From IMG/VR virus record IMGVR_UViG_3300008266_010073: 64,000 nt of DNA; one strand, given 5' to 3'. The notes beneath the pieces were generated by a model, which was not told the origin of the DNA, made no database searches, and saw only the letters and a program-made list of their open reading frames with translations. Source of the stretch: an uncultured virus (IMG/VR IMGVR_UViG_3300008266_010073). Its lineage: Duplodnaviria; Heunggongvirae; Uroviricota; Caudoviricetes. Both the position numbers and the translations under genes were made by a program. Shown here piece by piece: positions 31,701 through 40,923 of this stretch. How positions within the stretch are numbered: position 1 is the first letter of the stretch; each line of letters begins with the position of its first letter.

Positions 31701-33115
31701 ATAACGTAACTAACGCTACTTCCATTTCATCAACATTTACTGGATCATTACAAGGTACGGCAAGTTGGGCTGTAAACGCAACAAATTCTACAACAGCTTC
31801 ATACGTAGCAGCAGCAGGAAACAACAATGAGATTCAATATAATAAAGCAGGTTCATTTGCAGCAACTGCAAGTTTTTCGTTCATACATACAAGTCAAAGT
31901 TTGCAACATGGCGAAACTACGGTAGCATCTGGTTTATATTCACATGCAGAAGGATATATTACAACAGCGGTTGGTAATTATTCACACACTGAAGGTAGTG
32001 TTACATCGACTGGTGGAACAAATGGATATTTAGCAACATCGGTAACTGCAGGCACGGCATCATTATCTGCATCATATGGAGACATTGCATTTTATTTTGC
32101 AAATGGATCATATTTGTATCTAGATGATACATTATATGATTATTCATATGGTACAACAGCTGTTGTTATAGATTCTGCATCGTTTGATGGTGCTTCAACG
32201 TTAATTTTTCTACAAGATCCTTCCATAACAACTACCACAGCAGTTGTTGGCGATCTAGATAATGCTCCGGTTAGTTGGATTGGAGACCAACCATATGCTG
32301 CTCAACACGCTCATGCAGAAGGTACAAATTCAACTGCATTAGGACAATATTCACACGCTGAGGGTAATAGTGTATTTTCTATAGGATTATCATCGCATGC
32401 TGAAGGTAGGGGTTCATGTGCAGCTGGAAACTATTCTCATGCTGAAGGGCTTAACACTCGTGCACTTGGTACGTATTCACACGCCGAAGGACGTGACACT
32501 ACTACAATTGGAGAGGCATCTCACGCCGAAGGATTTTCAACACGCACCATTGGATTATATTCTCATGCTGAAGGTCAAAGTACAATTGCGCTAGGAGATT
32601 ACTCGCATGCGGAAGGACTTGGAACAATTGCATCTGGGTCAGGACAACTAGTTATTGGACAATACAATCAACATGGCAATACTACATCACTTTTTGTTAT
32701 AGGTGCCGGCGCGAATGATTCTACAAGAGCTGATGTATTTAGAGTTAGTACAACCACTGTTGATGTATTGGGTAATTTAAGTGTAACTTCTGGTATTACC
32801 GGTTCATTGCAAGGTACAGCTAGCTTTGCTACTTCTGCATCATATGCTGCAACCGCTTCATATGTTAACGGAATGGTTGTAAAATCTGGAGTTGCAAAAG
32901 GAAATAGTTTTTCTGGAACTCCGTTAATTTATACAGTAACATTTGCAACACAATTTCCAGGTACATATACAGTAACTGTAACAGGAGGAGATGCTAGATC
33001 ATGGACCGTTCAAGATGTCGGCCCTGCTGGATTTAAAATTAATTCAAATAGCTCTGTTGCAATTACTAACGATGTATTTTGGCAAGCAATTCGTACGGGT
33101 GAATTTAACATGTAA
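28739..33115 (+). CDS. Tail fibre/tailspike with two beta-helix-like domains and YadA-head-like repeats
   Basis: Two similar domain starts (DYFSIKSAVD..VQVFPGIYIE; DFTSISASVA..IEVGPGRYTE); (Y)SHAEG repeats; C-term fibre-tip-like domain; GTG start. Confidence 0.75.
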   Translation: MANEFRIKNGFRSEGNSEVTGSLNVSNGVTGSFSGSFFGDGSGLTGITTYVDNLVTVGLPGSETDYFSIKSAVDSIVDATATNTYTVQVFPGIYIEDTITVPSYVAVKGDSSISTVVSASNPSASIFIMSDQSMIIDMQIQGSTAPSASAIIYSSPTTPQTNAIAYVENVRFGTNYTNAKVIGTGSNGNCILQCSNVKYGGFTELNKSFDVGFHVTRTGSAGIGRMQLRNVTSTNGGVAGSDNNQIFALSDAPNCAFIVNGCLLTRAAGSALGTGFKVYNGGNLRLTGVNFQRWDKGIWAPQTGSGPSIDAIALNFENCTTDVAIEHSGSTGKVQGTDNFLKTQISLSSSLYEVGQDPRRITVGTKGADFTSISASVAYITDSSDTNRYVIEVGPGRYTEKEIDLTGKPYVSIVGSSIQTTQIFPSSSNQHLIKMGINNEVSFLTLTNAPAGYSALYIDDIGDFAQAHKVSFYDCDMCVTVISRTQDTKFYGEYLDYNGVYSTGSFVSSSNGYQALASLENYYQFPIGATGLIANYAVGGVAEMDIYAAGLIGEGDATSVAIQLENGADLQGLGMDMPGWGSAVYIPNLANSSSFNIVGSMIHDSVNYDFEILHPSASCRFQGTADHSKITNASQNFFWTFLDETDGELDITRKLSVTFADGTHTDASTLIFEGSPMGVMSGGNITISGSLTITTAAGYGYLHNMGTEVFQRIDWADTNLTLSPNTDNYIFIDETATLTANAIQPPSAHNIILGRVVTNDTGIELVDNSPYFAAHMSNALSKFNRNALGPVFAQGCIVSEDITPRQLDVTAGLYYFGENEYDPTGGSAIAFTQYYQSGSGAFGWNKSSQTLVPNNVYNSGSALVAMSASYYTKHSLYTVGRGPDEEYFLVINPSQYATLVEAENAGLPAPPTYFSDGVVALASIYVQSGSANITQIQDIRPIIGFRAAGVNASSVHGNLLGLNADDHQQYLLVNGTRAMSGNLNMGGYNVTNATSISSTFTGSLQGTASWAVNATNSTTASYVAAAGNNNEIQYNKAGSFAATASFSFIHTSQSLQHGETTVASGLYSHAEGYITTAVGNYSHTEGSVTSTGGTNGYLATSVTAGTASLSASYGDIAFYFANGSYLYLDDTLYDYSYGTTAVVIDSASFDGASTLIFLQDPSITTTTAVVGDLDNAPVSWIGDQPYAAQHAHAEGTNSTALGQYSHAEGNSVFSIGLSSHAEGRGSCAAGNYSHAEGLNTRALGTYSHAEGRDTTTIGEASHAEGFSTRTIGLYSHAEGQSTIALGDYSHAEGLGTIASGSGQLVIGQYNQHGNTTSLFVIGAGANDSTRADVFRVSTTTVDVLGNLSVTSGITGSLQGTASFATSASYAATASYVNGMVVKSGVAKGNSFSGTPLIYTVTFATQFPGTYTVTVTGGDARSWTVQDVGPAGFKINSNSSVAITNDVFWQAIRTGEFNM
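31933..32630 (+). repeat. 14-aa (Y)SHAEG repeats, trimeric-autotransporter-head-like
   Basis: YSHAEG, YSHTEG, HAHAEG, SSHAEG, ASHAEG etc.; tandem 42-nt period in 32310-32630. Confidence 0.85.
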
Positions 33116-33130
33116 AGATATTTATAATAT

Positions 33131-33853
33131 ATGCCTATATTTTATACAGACTCTGGTAGTATTACAAATTTAACCGTAGCATCTCTCGATGCAACGGGAT
33201 CATTACAAGGTACGGCAAGTTTTGCTACAACAGCACAAAACTTATTAGGATCAGTAACCACCGCGTCAACTGCTTCATTTGTTACTGCATCTGGAGTATA
33301 TGGGCCATATGGTGCAAACTCAGTAGTGTCAGCTTCATTTGCAGTATCAGCATCATGGGCACCAGGAGGCGGCGGAGGCACTACATTTGCTGCCGGTAAC
33401 ATTAACAATAGAGTAATAACAGCGACCGGTACAACACCAGAGTTAAATGGCGAATCTAATCTAACATTTGATGGTTCAACATTAGCAGTTACTGGTAATG
33501 TAACAGCAAACAGTTTTACGGGATCACTACAAGGAACAGCTTCATTTGCAGTATCAGCATCATGGGCACCAGGGGGTGGCGGAGTAACTATAAATAATAA
33601 CACAGATAATTACTTAGTAACAGCAACTGGAACTGCAGCAACTTTGAATGGAGAATCTAATGCAACTTTTGATGGATCTACATTAGCAGTAACCGGCAAT
33701 GTTACAGCAAATTCATTTACCGGTTCACTACAAGGAACAGCTTCATTTGCGTTAACAGCATCATATGCATTAAATTCAACACCTTCAGCAGGAACGGATT
33801 TTGGTAAAGTTATAGCTATAACACAAACAATGTATCCATTTTCTGGATTTTGA
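33131..33853 (+). CDS. Short fibre/linker protein with internal duplication
   Basis: Two ~68-aa repeats (LNGESNxTFDGSTLAVTGNVTANSFTGSLQGTASFA). Confidence 0.7.
   Translation: MPIFYTDSGSITNLTVASLDATGSLQGTASFATTAQNLLGSVTTASTASFVTASGVYGPYGANSVVSASFAVSASWAPGGGGGTTFAAGNINNRVITATGTTPELNGESNLTFDGSTLAVTGNVTANSFTGSLQGTASFAVSASWAPGGGGVTINNNTDNYLVTATGTAATLNGESNATFDGSTLAVTGNVTANSFTGSLQGTASFALTASYALNSTPSAGTDFGKVIAITQTMYPFSGF
33330..33750 (+). repeat. ~200 bp tandem direct repeat
   Basis: CAGCTTCATTTGCAGTATCAGCATCATGGGCACCAGG identical at 33330-33366 and 33537-33573; CAGCTTCATTTGC again at 33738. Confidence 0.9.
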
Positions 33854-33883
33854 TATTTATAATAAAATAAAAAAGAAAAAATT

Positions 33884-34336
33884 ATGCCAGCAAATACAAG
33901 TCCAATATTCGCATTAACACCAAATGTAGGTGAAGCAAAAATTACAACAACTGCAGCTAACGTTAGTTCTGCTGGAGGAGGTACGGTGGGTACAGATATA
34001 TTTCTTGCATTTAGTGCCGGAGCAAACGGAAGTTTTGTACAACGTGTAAGATTTATACCAGTAGCATCAGCTGCAGCAGTTAACTCTGTTGCAACTACAC
34101 TTCGAGTATTTTTAAGCTCAGTGAACACAGGAACTACCACCGATTCAGATACCAATCTATTAGCAGAAATTTCAGTACCAATTATTTCAACAGCAAACTC
34201 AACTAATGCAGTTTCATACTATGAAATACCATTAAACATAGCAATACCATCAAGTCATTATATATTAGTTTCTCAACATATTGCACAAACTACCAACCAA
34301 CGATGGCAAGCAACAGTATTTGGTGGTGATTATTAA
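33884..34336 (+). CDS. Beta-rich tail-fibre-associated protein (possible adaptor for the adhesins)
   Basis: 150 aa, late motif 33852-33861, lies just before the glycine-rich genes. Confidence 0.55.
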   Translation: MPANTSPIFALTPNVGEAKITTTAANVSSAGGGTVGTDIFLAFSAGANGSFVQRVRFIPVASAAAVNSVATTLRVFLSSVNTGTTTDSDTNLLAEISVPIISTANSTNAVSYYEIPLNIAIPSSHYILVSQHIAQTTNQRWQATVFGGDY

Positions 34337-34352
34337 TTAGTAAGAAATAGTT

Positions 34353-35369
34353 ATGTTTTTCGGAAATTCACCATCAGACTTTGGATTTTTACCTCCTAGC
34401 TTTAAAGGTGATGTGCAAGTATTTACTCCAACAGGAATAGCTCCTACGCAAACTCAAAACTGGCAGACTTGGACTAAACCAAAAGGAACATCAATGGTAT
34501 ATATGATGTGTATCGGAGGTGGTGGAGGTGGTGGTGGAGGTTTTTCGGCTGCTACTGGCAATGCTAGAGGAGGCGGCGGCGGTGGCGGAAGTGGTGCTAT
34601 AACTACTTTATTACTCCCTGCTATTTTAATACCAGATTCATTAAAAATTTCAGTAGGTGCTGGTGGTCAAGGTGGAATATCTTCTAGCCCAGCACTTTCA
34701 GGTGGTCCATCGTATATATCATTAGGTTCATCATTAACAACGGGAATTTCAAATCCTAATTTAATATTACGAGCACTAGGAGGCACTAATGGAGGTACTG
34801 GTACGTCATTGCAAGGTGGCGGTGGCGGTGCTGCCGGTACCGTAACAACAATAGCCGTCCATGGACCTATAAGCAAACTAGGATTCTTCCCAGGTAATGG
34901 AAATGCGTTAAATGCAGGATTTGCGGGACAATCTGGAACTGCTGGAGGTGCACAAACTGGGGCTAATGGTACGGCTATAACTGCCGTATTTAACGTATCA
35001 CCGCTTAGCGGAGGTAGTGGCGGTGCGGGAGTTGGTACTACTGCAAACACCGGATTTGCTGGGGGGAATATTTCTTTACAGGCAGTAGTGAGTTTTGATG
35101 ATGGAAATTTTACCCCATCAGCTAATAAAATAACCGGCGGAACGGCAGGTAACGCGACCATTATTGGAGGAAATGGAAGCGCAGGAATAAAATCACTTAA
35201 ACCATTTTTAAATACTGGAGGAAGTGGAGGTGGATCTGCTTCTAATCAAGTTGGAGGTGATGGCGGCATCGGTGGCTACGGCTGCGGCGGAGGTGGAGGT
35301 GGTGGCGGCACTACCGGAGGTAGGGGCGGCAATGGTGGTGATGGTTTAGTAATGATAGTAAGCTGGTAA
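34353..35369 (+). CDS. Glycine-rich adhesin-like protein, paralogue 1
   Basis: WQTWTKPKG..CIGGGGGGGGG; alternating Gly runs and variable loops; ends GGNGGDGLVMIVSW. Confidence 0.75.
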   Translation: MFFGNSPSDFGFLPPSFKGDVQVFTPTGIAPTQTQNWQTWTKPKGTSMVYMMCIGGGGGGGGGFSAATGNARGGGGGGGSGAITTLLLPAILIPDSLKISVGAGGQGGISSSPALSGGPSYISLGSSLTTGISNPNLILRALGGTNGGTGTSLQGGGGGAAGTVTTIAVHGPISKLGFFPGNGNALNAGFAGQSGTAGGAQTGANGTAITAVFNVSPLSGGSGGAGVGTTANTGFAGGNISLQAVVSFDDGNFTPSANKITGGTAGNATIIGGNGSAGIKSLKPFLNTGGSGGGSASNQVGGDGGIGGYGCGGGGGGGGTTGGRGGNGGDGLVMIVSW

Positions 35370-35378
35370 GGTAAATAT

Positions 35379-36401
35379 ATGCAATTTGGGAAGTCACCAT
35401 CAGATTTTGGATTCTTAACATCTCAATTTAACGGGGATGTTCAGATGTTTTTTTCAACAGGAGTAACATCTACAGCAACACAGAATTGGCAACAATGGAT
35501 TAAACCAAAAGGTGTTACTATGGTTTATATGCTTTGTATCGGTGCCGGTGGCGGCGGTGGTGGCGGTAGAAGTGGTGCATCAAATACGACTCGAGGAGGT
35601 GGTGGTGGTGCTGGGGGCGCCGGAGTTACTACTTTAATGGTACCTGCGATTTTTCTTCCAAATGCATTAAAAATTTCAGTAGGTGCTGGTGGAGCTGGCG
35701 GCGATGCTAATAACGCCGGTAACTCTGGAAATTCTTCATATATATCGTTAGGTACAGGTGTTGGTTCTGGACTAGTAATACCTAACTTAATATTACAAGC
35801 AAATCCAAGTACAGGGGGCGGTGCTGGTACAACTGCAGCCGCTGGCGGACTTGGAGGCGGCGGATCTGCTGTAACAATTGCTTCACTAGGGCCTATAGGA
35901 AAGGCAGGATTATTTTCTGCAACAATATTAGCTACAAATGCCGGATATGCAGGTCAAAATGGTGCCGCCGGCGGTGTCCATACCGGAGCAGTTGGCGCTA
36001 GTTTTGCTAATGCATGGGCTTCAATATCAACCACTCCTGGATCGGGCGGCGCCGGAATTAATACCCCAGCTCAGGCAGGATTTGCTGGTGGAAATATAAG
36101 TATATCTGGACCTACAGCTGTAGATTATGCCGGCGGAACAATTACACCTGCTACTAATCTTTTAGTTGGTGGAACAGCGGGTTCAGCCGGTGTCCCTGGA
36201 GGAAACGGTAGTCCTGGAATTAAATTATGGAGGCCATTCTTAAACACCGGTGGCACTGGAGGAGGATCTTCTGATAATGCAGCCGGAGGCAATGGTGGTG
36301 ATGGGGGATATGGTTGTGGTGGAGGTGGAGGCGGAGCTGGTACTACCGGAGGTCGTGGAGGTAACGGTGGTGATGGTTTAGTAGTAATTATTAGTTGGTA
36401 A
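35379..36401 (+). CDS. Glycine-rich adhesin-like protein, paralogue 2
   Basis: Same architecture; starts MQFGKSPSDFGFL, ends GGNGGDGLVVIISW. Confidence 0.75.
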   Translation: MQFGKSPSDFGFLTSQFNGDVQMFFSTGVTSTATQNWQQWIKPKGVTMVYMLCIGAGGGGGGGRSGASNTTRGGGGGAGGAGVTTLMVPAIFLPNALKISVGAGGAGGDANNAGNSGNSSYISLGTGVGSGLVIPNLILQANPSTGGGAGTTAAAGGLGGGGSAVTIASLGPIGKAGLFSATILATNAGYAGQNGAAGGVHTGAVGASFANAWASISTTPGSGGAGINTPAQAGFAGGNISISGPTAVDYAGGTITPATNLLVGGTAGSAGVPGGNGSPGIKLWRPFLNTGGTGGGSSDNAAGGNGGDGGYGCGGGGGGAGTTGGRGGNGGDGLVVIISW

Positions 36402-36405
36402 ATGT

Positions 36406-37386
36406 ATGTTTTTTGGAAACTCATCTTCAGATTTTGGTTTTTTACCGTCTCAATTCAAAGGAGACGTGCAAATGTTTTTTGCATCAGGCAGACCCACATC
36501 CGCAACACAGAATTGGCAGACTTGGACTAAACCACGTGGCATTACCATGATGTATATACTCTGCATTGGCAGTGGTGGTGGCGGTGGTGGTGGTCAATCA
36601 GCTGCTGGTAACAAAGGCGGTGGTGGTGGTGGATCATGCGGCGGTATTACTTCTATCATAATTCCAACAGTTTTTATTCCGGATTCATTAAAAATTTATG
36701 TAGGCATCGGCGGTAATGGTGGAGATGCTGGTAATGGGGGTAGTAGCGGTACCTCAACCTTTGTGACATTAGGAGCAGGATTATCTGGGGGTACAACAGT
36801 ACCTAGTGTAATAGTATCAGCAAATGGAGGAAACGCGGGCGGCGCTGGTAACGGAGGAACAGCTGGAGCAGCACCTGGAGCAACAGGTATAGCTAATAAT
36901 GGTCCAATATCAAAGTTAGGATTTTTTTCAAATACCGGAACTGCCGGTAATGCTGGATATGCAGGACAAATAGGAACTGCTGGAGGAAGTTCAGGTACTC
37001 CAAATGCTGTTAATTTAACTGCACTATGGAATCTAAGTCCTTTAACTGGCGGTACAGGTGGAGGCGGTGCTACAAATTCTACCAGCGGAACAGGTGGCGG
37101 AATAATCTTACCAGGAGCTGTTGATTCTGAAGGAAGTGGTATTTATCTTCCTAGCAACACTTTAGCTGGAGGCGCTGCCAACGGCGGTAATGGAAATCCC
37201 GGAATCAGATCACTTAAACCGTTTTTACATACCGGAGGTACCGGGGGAGGAAGTATTGCATCTGGTACAGGTGGACAAGGAGGAAACGGAGGAATCGGTT
37301 GTGGTGGCGGTGGTGGTGGAGCTGGTACTACTGGTGGTAGAGGTGGAAATGGTGGTGATGGATTAGTATTAATTGTATGTTGGTAA
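36406..37386 (+). CDS. Glycine-rich adhesin-like protein, paralogue 3
   Basis: Same architecture; starts MFFGNSSSDFGFL, ends GGNGGDGLVLIVCW. Confidence 0.75.
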   Translation: MFFGNSSSDFGFLPSQFKGDVQMFFASGRPTSATQNWQTWTKPRGITMMYILCIGSGGGGGGGQSAAGNKGGGGGGSCGGITSIIIPTVFIPDSLKIYVGIGGNGGDAGNGGSSGTSTFVTLGAGLSGGTTVPSVIVSANGGNAGGAGNGGTAGAAPGATGIANNGPISKLGFFSNTGTAGNAGYAGQIGTAGGSSGTPNAVNLTALWNLSPLTGGTGGGGATNSTSGTGGGIILPGAVDSEGSGIYLPSNTLAGGAANGGNGNPGIRSLKPFLHTGGTGGGSIASGTGGQGGNGGIGCGGGGGGAGTTGGRGGNGGDGLVLIVCW

Positions 37387-37436
37387 TATTTGGTTCTTAA
37401 CAAAACATTTCTTATTATATCAAGAAAAGGTTACGT

Positions 37437-37706
37437 ATGACAAGAAAACTAGACAAAGAACACTTAGATGCAATACAAGATCTGCGAACACGCTTTGCAG
37501 AAAACGCCGGATGGTTAGGTAATGTATCAATTGAATTGAAACTTATTGAACGCCAACGCGAACAAATAGAAGCACGTTATGATGAATTGATGTCGCAATT
37601 TGATCGACTTCGAGAAGAAGAGTCTCAATTAATTGAAACACTTAAAGAACGATACGGCGACGGACAAATTGATATATCTTCTGGAACATTTACTCCTAGT
37701 GTGTAG
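37437..37706 (+). CDS. Small coiled-coil protein
   Basis: Coiled coil ending LKERYGDGQIDISSGTF; has its own TTGGTT-N17-TATTAT promoter-like motif. Confidence 0.7.
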   Translation: MTRKLDKEHLDAIQDLRTRFAENAGWLGNVSIELKLIERQREQIEARYDELMSQFDRLREEESQLIETLKERYGDGQIDISSGTFTPSV

Positions 37707-37758
37707 GTCAGCACATCGTTTTATATATTTATACTAAACAAATCAAAGGAGTAATTTA

Positions 37759-40221
37759 ATGGCAGAAAGAATTGTATCAGCCGGGGTATTTACGAGAGAA
37801 GTAGATCAATCATTTTTACCACAAGCTATCGGTCAAATTGGTGCTGCAATTGTAGGTCCAACTGTAAAAGGACCGGCACTAATACCAACAAAAGTTTCAT
37901 CTTTCTCTGAATTTCAACAAATATTTGGTTCATATACCTCAGATTCATATGTACCATTTACAGTTGAAGAATATTTGAGAAATGGAAATGTAATTACCGT
38001 AACACGTCTTTTATATGAAGATGGATATGGATTAAGAAACGGCGGATTGGCCGTTATTGCAAAATCAGGATCAGTACAAGCAGTAACGCACGTACTTCAT
38101 CCAACTCAACCAGTATCATATGTAGATTCAACTACCAATGTATTTGAACAATCCGCAATAACAAATGGTCCTTCTGGAAGTTTTGTATTAACGTTGTCAG
38201 GATCATTCGGAACTACTACGGTACCTGGATTCAGTGCATTTTTATCTGGAAATGGTTCTAGCATATCAGCATCAATTGATTCCACTAAAAATAACTACGT
38301 AACTAAAATATTTGGTAATTCTCCAAAATCTTTAGATTATCCTGTGTATGTTCAATATGAAAATTCTAGCGCTACAAGTCTCTTTAATAATTTAGGAGAT
38401 GTTACTATTGAATTAGGAATATTGAATAACTATTATTTCTTAACTGATTATTCAACTGCAGCAACCCCGTGGATTACTTCACAAAAAATTGGTACGGTTA
38501 CTAAAAATTTATTTAAGTTTCATACATTATCACATGGTACTTCTGTGAGTCATGAAGTTAAAGTTGGTATTCGAGATGTAAGAACTGCATCAGAAGTTGC
38601 AGATCCAAATGGATATGGTACATTTACAGTAGAAGTACGACGAGTTAATACTGCAAATATTCCAAATTCACCATATGCATCACAAGATACAGATCAAACA
38701 CCTGATATTGTTGAGACATATTTAAATTGTAACTTAGATCCAGATTCTCCTAATTATATTGCACGTAGAATTGGTAATCGTTATCAAACTGTAACTGATG
38801 CTGGAAATATTGTTGTTAATGGCGATTATCCAAATCTTTCAAAATACATTCGTGTAGAAGTAACAGATGGTGTTGCAAATAAAACTAATGAAAAAACATT
38901 GATTCCATTTGGATTCCGTGCACCTAGTTCACCAATTCCATTAGTTTCTGGTTCATTGAATTTAACTGCTGCAGCATATAATACTTCTCAAGTAGTATCT
39001 AACATATACAATGCAAATAACTATTTTGGATTTGATTTTACAAATACTACTAATTTAAATTATTTAGCACCAACACCATCATCAGGTTCTACAACGGGTA
39101 GCAATGCAGATTTCTATCTAGGAAATGTTAGTCAAGATACACAGGCAGCATTCCCTTCATTAACTGCACCGTATACCGGATCTATAGAAACTGCTTTAAC
39201 AACTGGTACTAACTATTTTACTAGCAATGTAGCTACCACTACAAGAAAATTCATTGTTCCATTCCAAGGTGGTTTTGATGGATCTCGTCCAAACTTACCA
39301 AAATATTCAGGAACCAATATAGCAAATACTAATGTATTTGGATTTGATTGTAGTACGGCTACTGCAACTGGTACTAAAGCATATAATAAAGCATTTACAT
39401 TGTTATCTAATACAGATTATTATGATTTCAATATGCTTATAACTCCAGGTATATTGCAAAGCAAACATAGTGCAGTAACAACTCTTGCAAGAAATTTAGT
39501 AACTAATCGTCAAGATGCATTCTATGTAATGGATTCTAATGCATTGACAGATTCAATTTCTACGGTTGTTAATGATATCACTACTTTGGATAACAATTAT
39601 ACGGCAACATATTGGCCATGGGTAAGAATTACAAATCCTGCAAACAATGTTCCACTTTGGGTTCCACCAAGTGTTGTTGTTCCAGGGGCATTAGCATTTA
39701 ATGATGCAGTTTCAGCTCCATGGTATGCACCAGCTGGTTTGAACAGAGGGGGATTGACTACAGTATCTGATACATATCAAAATTTATCACAAGCAGATCG
39801 AAATACATTGTATGAAGCTCGCATTAATCCTATTGCGAACTTCCCTAACGATGGAGTAGTGATTTGGGGTCAAAAGACCTTACAGGCTCGACCAAGTGCA
39901 TTAGACCGAGTAAATGTGCGTCGTTTGTTGATTGCGGTTAAGAAGTTTATTGCATCATCAACTCGTTATTTAGTATTTGATCAAAATACAACACAGACTC
40001 GTGATAGATTTGCTCAGATTGCTAATCCATATTTAGAATCAGTACGTGCACAGCAAGGTTTATATGCGTTTCGAGTAGTAATGGATGCAACAAATAATAC
40101 ACCAGATATTATTGATCAAAACATTCTTTACGGACAAATATTCCTTCAGCCAACTCGTACGGCAGAATTTATTATCCTAGATTTCAATATTCAACCAACG
40201 GGAGCAGCATTTCCAGAATAG
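37759..40221 (+). CDS. Contractile tail sheath protein (gp18-like)
   Basis: SAGVFTREVD, GPTVKGP, PWYAPAGLNRG, WGQKTL, DRVNVRRLL, PTRTAEFI motifs. Confidence 0.96.
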   Translation: MAERIVSAGVFTREVDQSFLPQAIGQIGAAIVGPTVKGPALIPTKVSSFSEFQQIFGSYTSDSYVPFTVEEYLRNGNVITVTRLLYEDGYGLRNGGLAVIAKSGSVQAVTHVLHPTQPVSYVDSTTNVFEQSAITNGPSGSFVLTLSGSFGTTTVPGFSAFLSGNGSSISASIDSTKNNYVTKIFGNSPKSLDYPVYVQYENSSATSLFNNLGDVTIELGILNNYYFLTDYSTAATPWITSQKIGTVTKNLFKFHTLSHGTSVSHEVKVGIRDVRTASEVADPNGYGTFTVEVRRVNTANIPNSPYASQDTDQTPDIVETYLNCNLDPDSPNYIARRIGNRYQTVTDAGNIVVNGDYPNLSKYIRVEVTDGVANKTNEKTLIPFGFRAPSSPIPLVSGSLNLTAAAYNTSQVVSNIYNANNYFGFDFTNTTNLNYLAPTPSSGSTTGSNADFYLGNVSQDTQAAFPSLTAPYTGSIETALTTGTNYFTSNVATTTRKFIVPFQGGFDGSRPNLPKYSGTNIANTNVFGFDCSTATATGTKAYNKAFTLLSNTDYYDFNMLITPGILQSKHSAVTTLARNLVTNRQDAFYVMDSNALTDSISTVVNDITTLDNNYTATYWPWVRITNPANNVPLWVPPSVVVPGALAFNDAVSAPWYAPAGLNRGGLTTVSDTYQNLSQADRNTLYEARINPIANFPNDGVVIWGQKTLQARPSALDRVNVRRLLIAVKKFIASSTRYLVFDQNTTQTRDRFAQIANPYLESVRAQQGLYAFRVVMDATNNTPDIIDQNILYGQIFLQPTRTAEFIILDFNIQPTGAAFPE

Positions 40222-40241
40222 AAATCAAAATGATTTACAAG

Positions 40242-40270
40242 AAAGGTAGGACTTTGGTTCTACCTTTTTT
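40242..40270 (+). terminator. Intrinsic terminator after sheath gene
   Basis: AAAGGTAGGAC-TTTG-GTTCTACCTTT + T-run. Confidence 0.85.
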
Positions 40271-40310
40271 ACTTTGCTTGATATTTATAAGAAAATAACA
40301 AAGGAATAAA

Positions 40311-40835
40311 ATGGCATTAATAGATCAAGTGAATCCGGCTCTAGCTGACTTTGGAGCTGAAGTTGATTTCTTTAATAAAGCGTATTCATGGGAACCCAAG
40401 AAAAAACATCAGTTTATTATGGTGATTCAGGGAATACCTGCATATCTAATTAAAACTTCTGCAAAACCAGAAATAGATAATGGGGAAGTAACTTTAGATC
40501 ATATCAACGTTCAGCGTTACGTTAAAGGAAAATCTAAATGGAATGCTTTAGATATTACGTTGTATGATCCAATTGTCCCATCGGCTGCACAAGCAGTAAT
40601 GGAATGGGTACGTTTGCATCATGAATCTGCAACCGGTAGAGATGGCTATTCTTCATTTTATAAAAAAGAAATTCGTTTACGTCAACTTTCTCCATTGGGT
40701 GAAATTATTGAAGAGTGGATCTTGAATGGTGCGTATATTCAATCTGCTAAATTTGGAGATGTAGATTGGTCAGCTGAAGACCCTGTTGAAATTTCAATGA
40801 CTCTTCGTTACGATTGGGCATTCTTAAATTTCTAA
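40311..40835 (+). CDS. Tail tube protein (gp19-like)
   Basis: 174 aa after sheath; ITLYDPI..VMEW, EEWILNGA, TLRYDWA pattern. Confidence 0.88.
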   Translation: MALIDQVNPALADFGAEVDFFNKAYSWEPKKKHQFIMVIQGIPAYLIKTSAKPEIDNGEVTLDHINVQRYVKGKSKWNALDITLYDPIVPSAAQAVMEWVRLHHESATGRDGYSSFYKKEIRLRQLSPLGEIIEEWILNGAYIQSAKFGDVDWSAEDPVEISMTLRYDWAFLNF

Positions 40836-40854
40836 TCAAAATACTAGTAACTAG

Positions 40855-40881
40855 AATGGGAGTTTATGACTCCCATTTTTT
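40855..40881 (+). terminator. Intrinsic terminator after tube gene
   Basis: AATGGGAGT-TTATG-ACTCCCATT + T-run. Confidence 0.88.
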
Positions 40882-40923
40882 ATGTTCATGATATTTATAA
40901 TAAAGGTTATATAAAGGATTCAA

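Noticed and set aside
31933..33750. CRISPR-like periodic repeats
   Set aside because: Repeats are in-frame, degenerate at third codon positions and encode peptide repeats; no cas genes
34353..37386. Diversity-generating retroelement or invertible cassette behind the three glycine-rich genes
   Set aside because: Differences are spread over all bases rather than adenine-specific; no reverse transcriptase, invertase or inverted repeats seen; all copies are full genes in the same orientation
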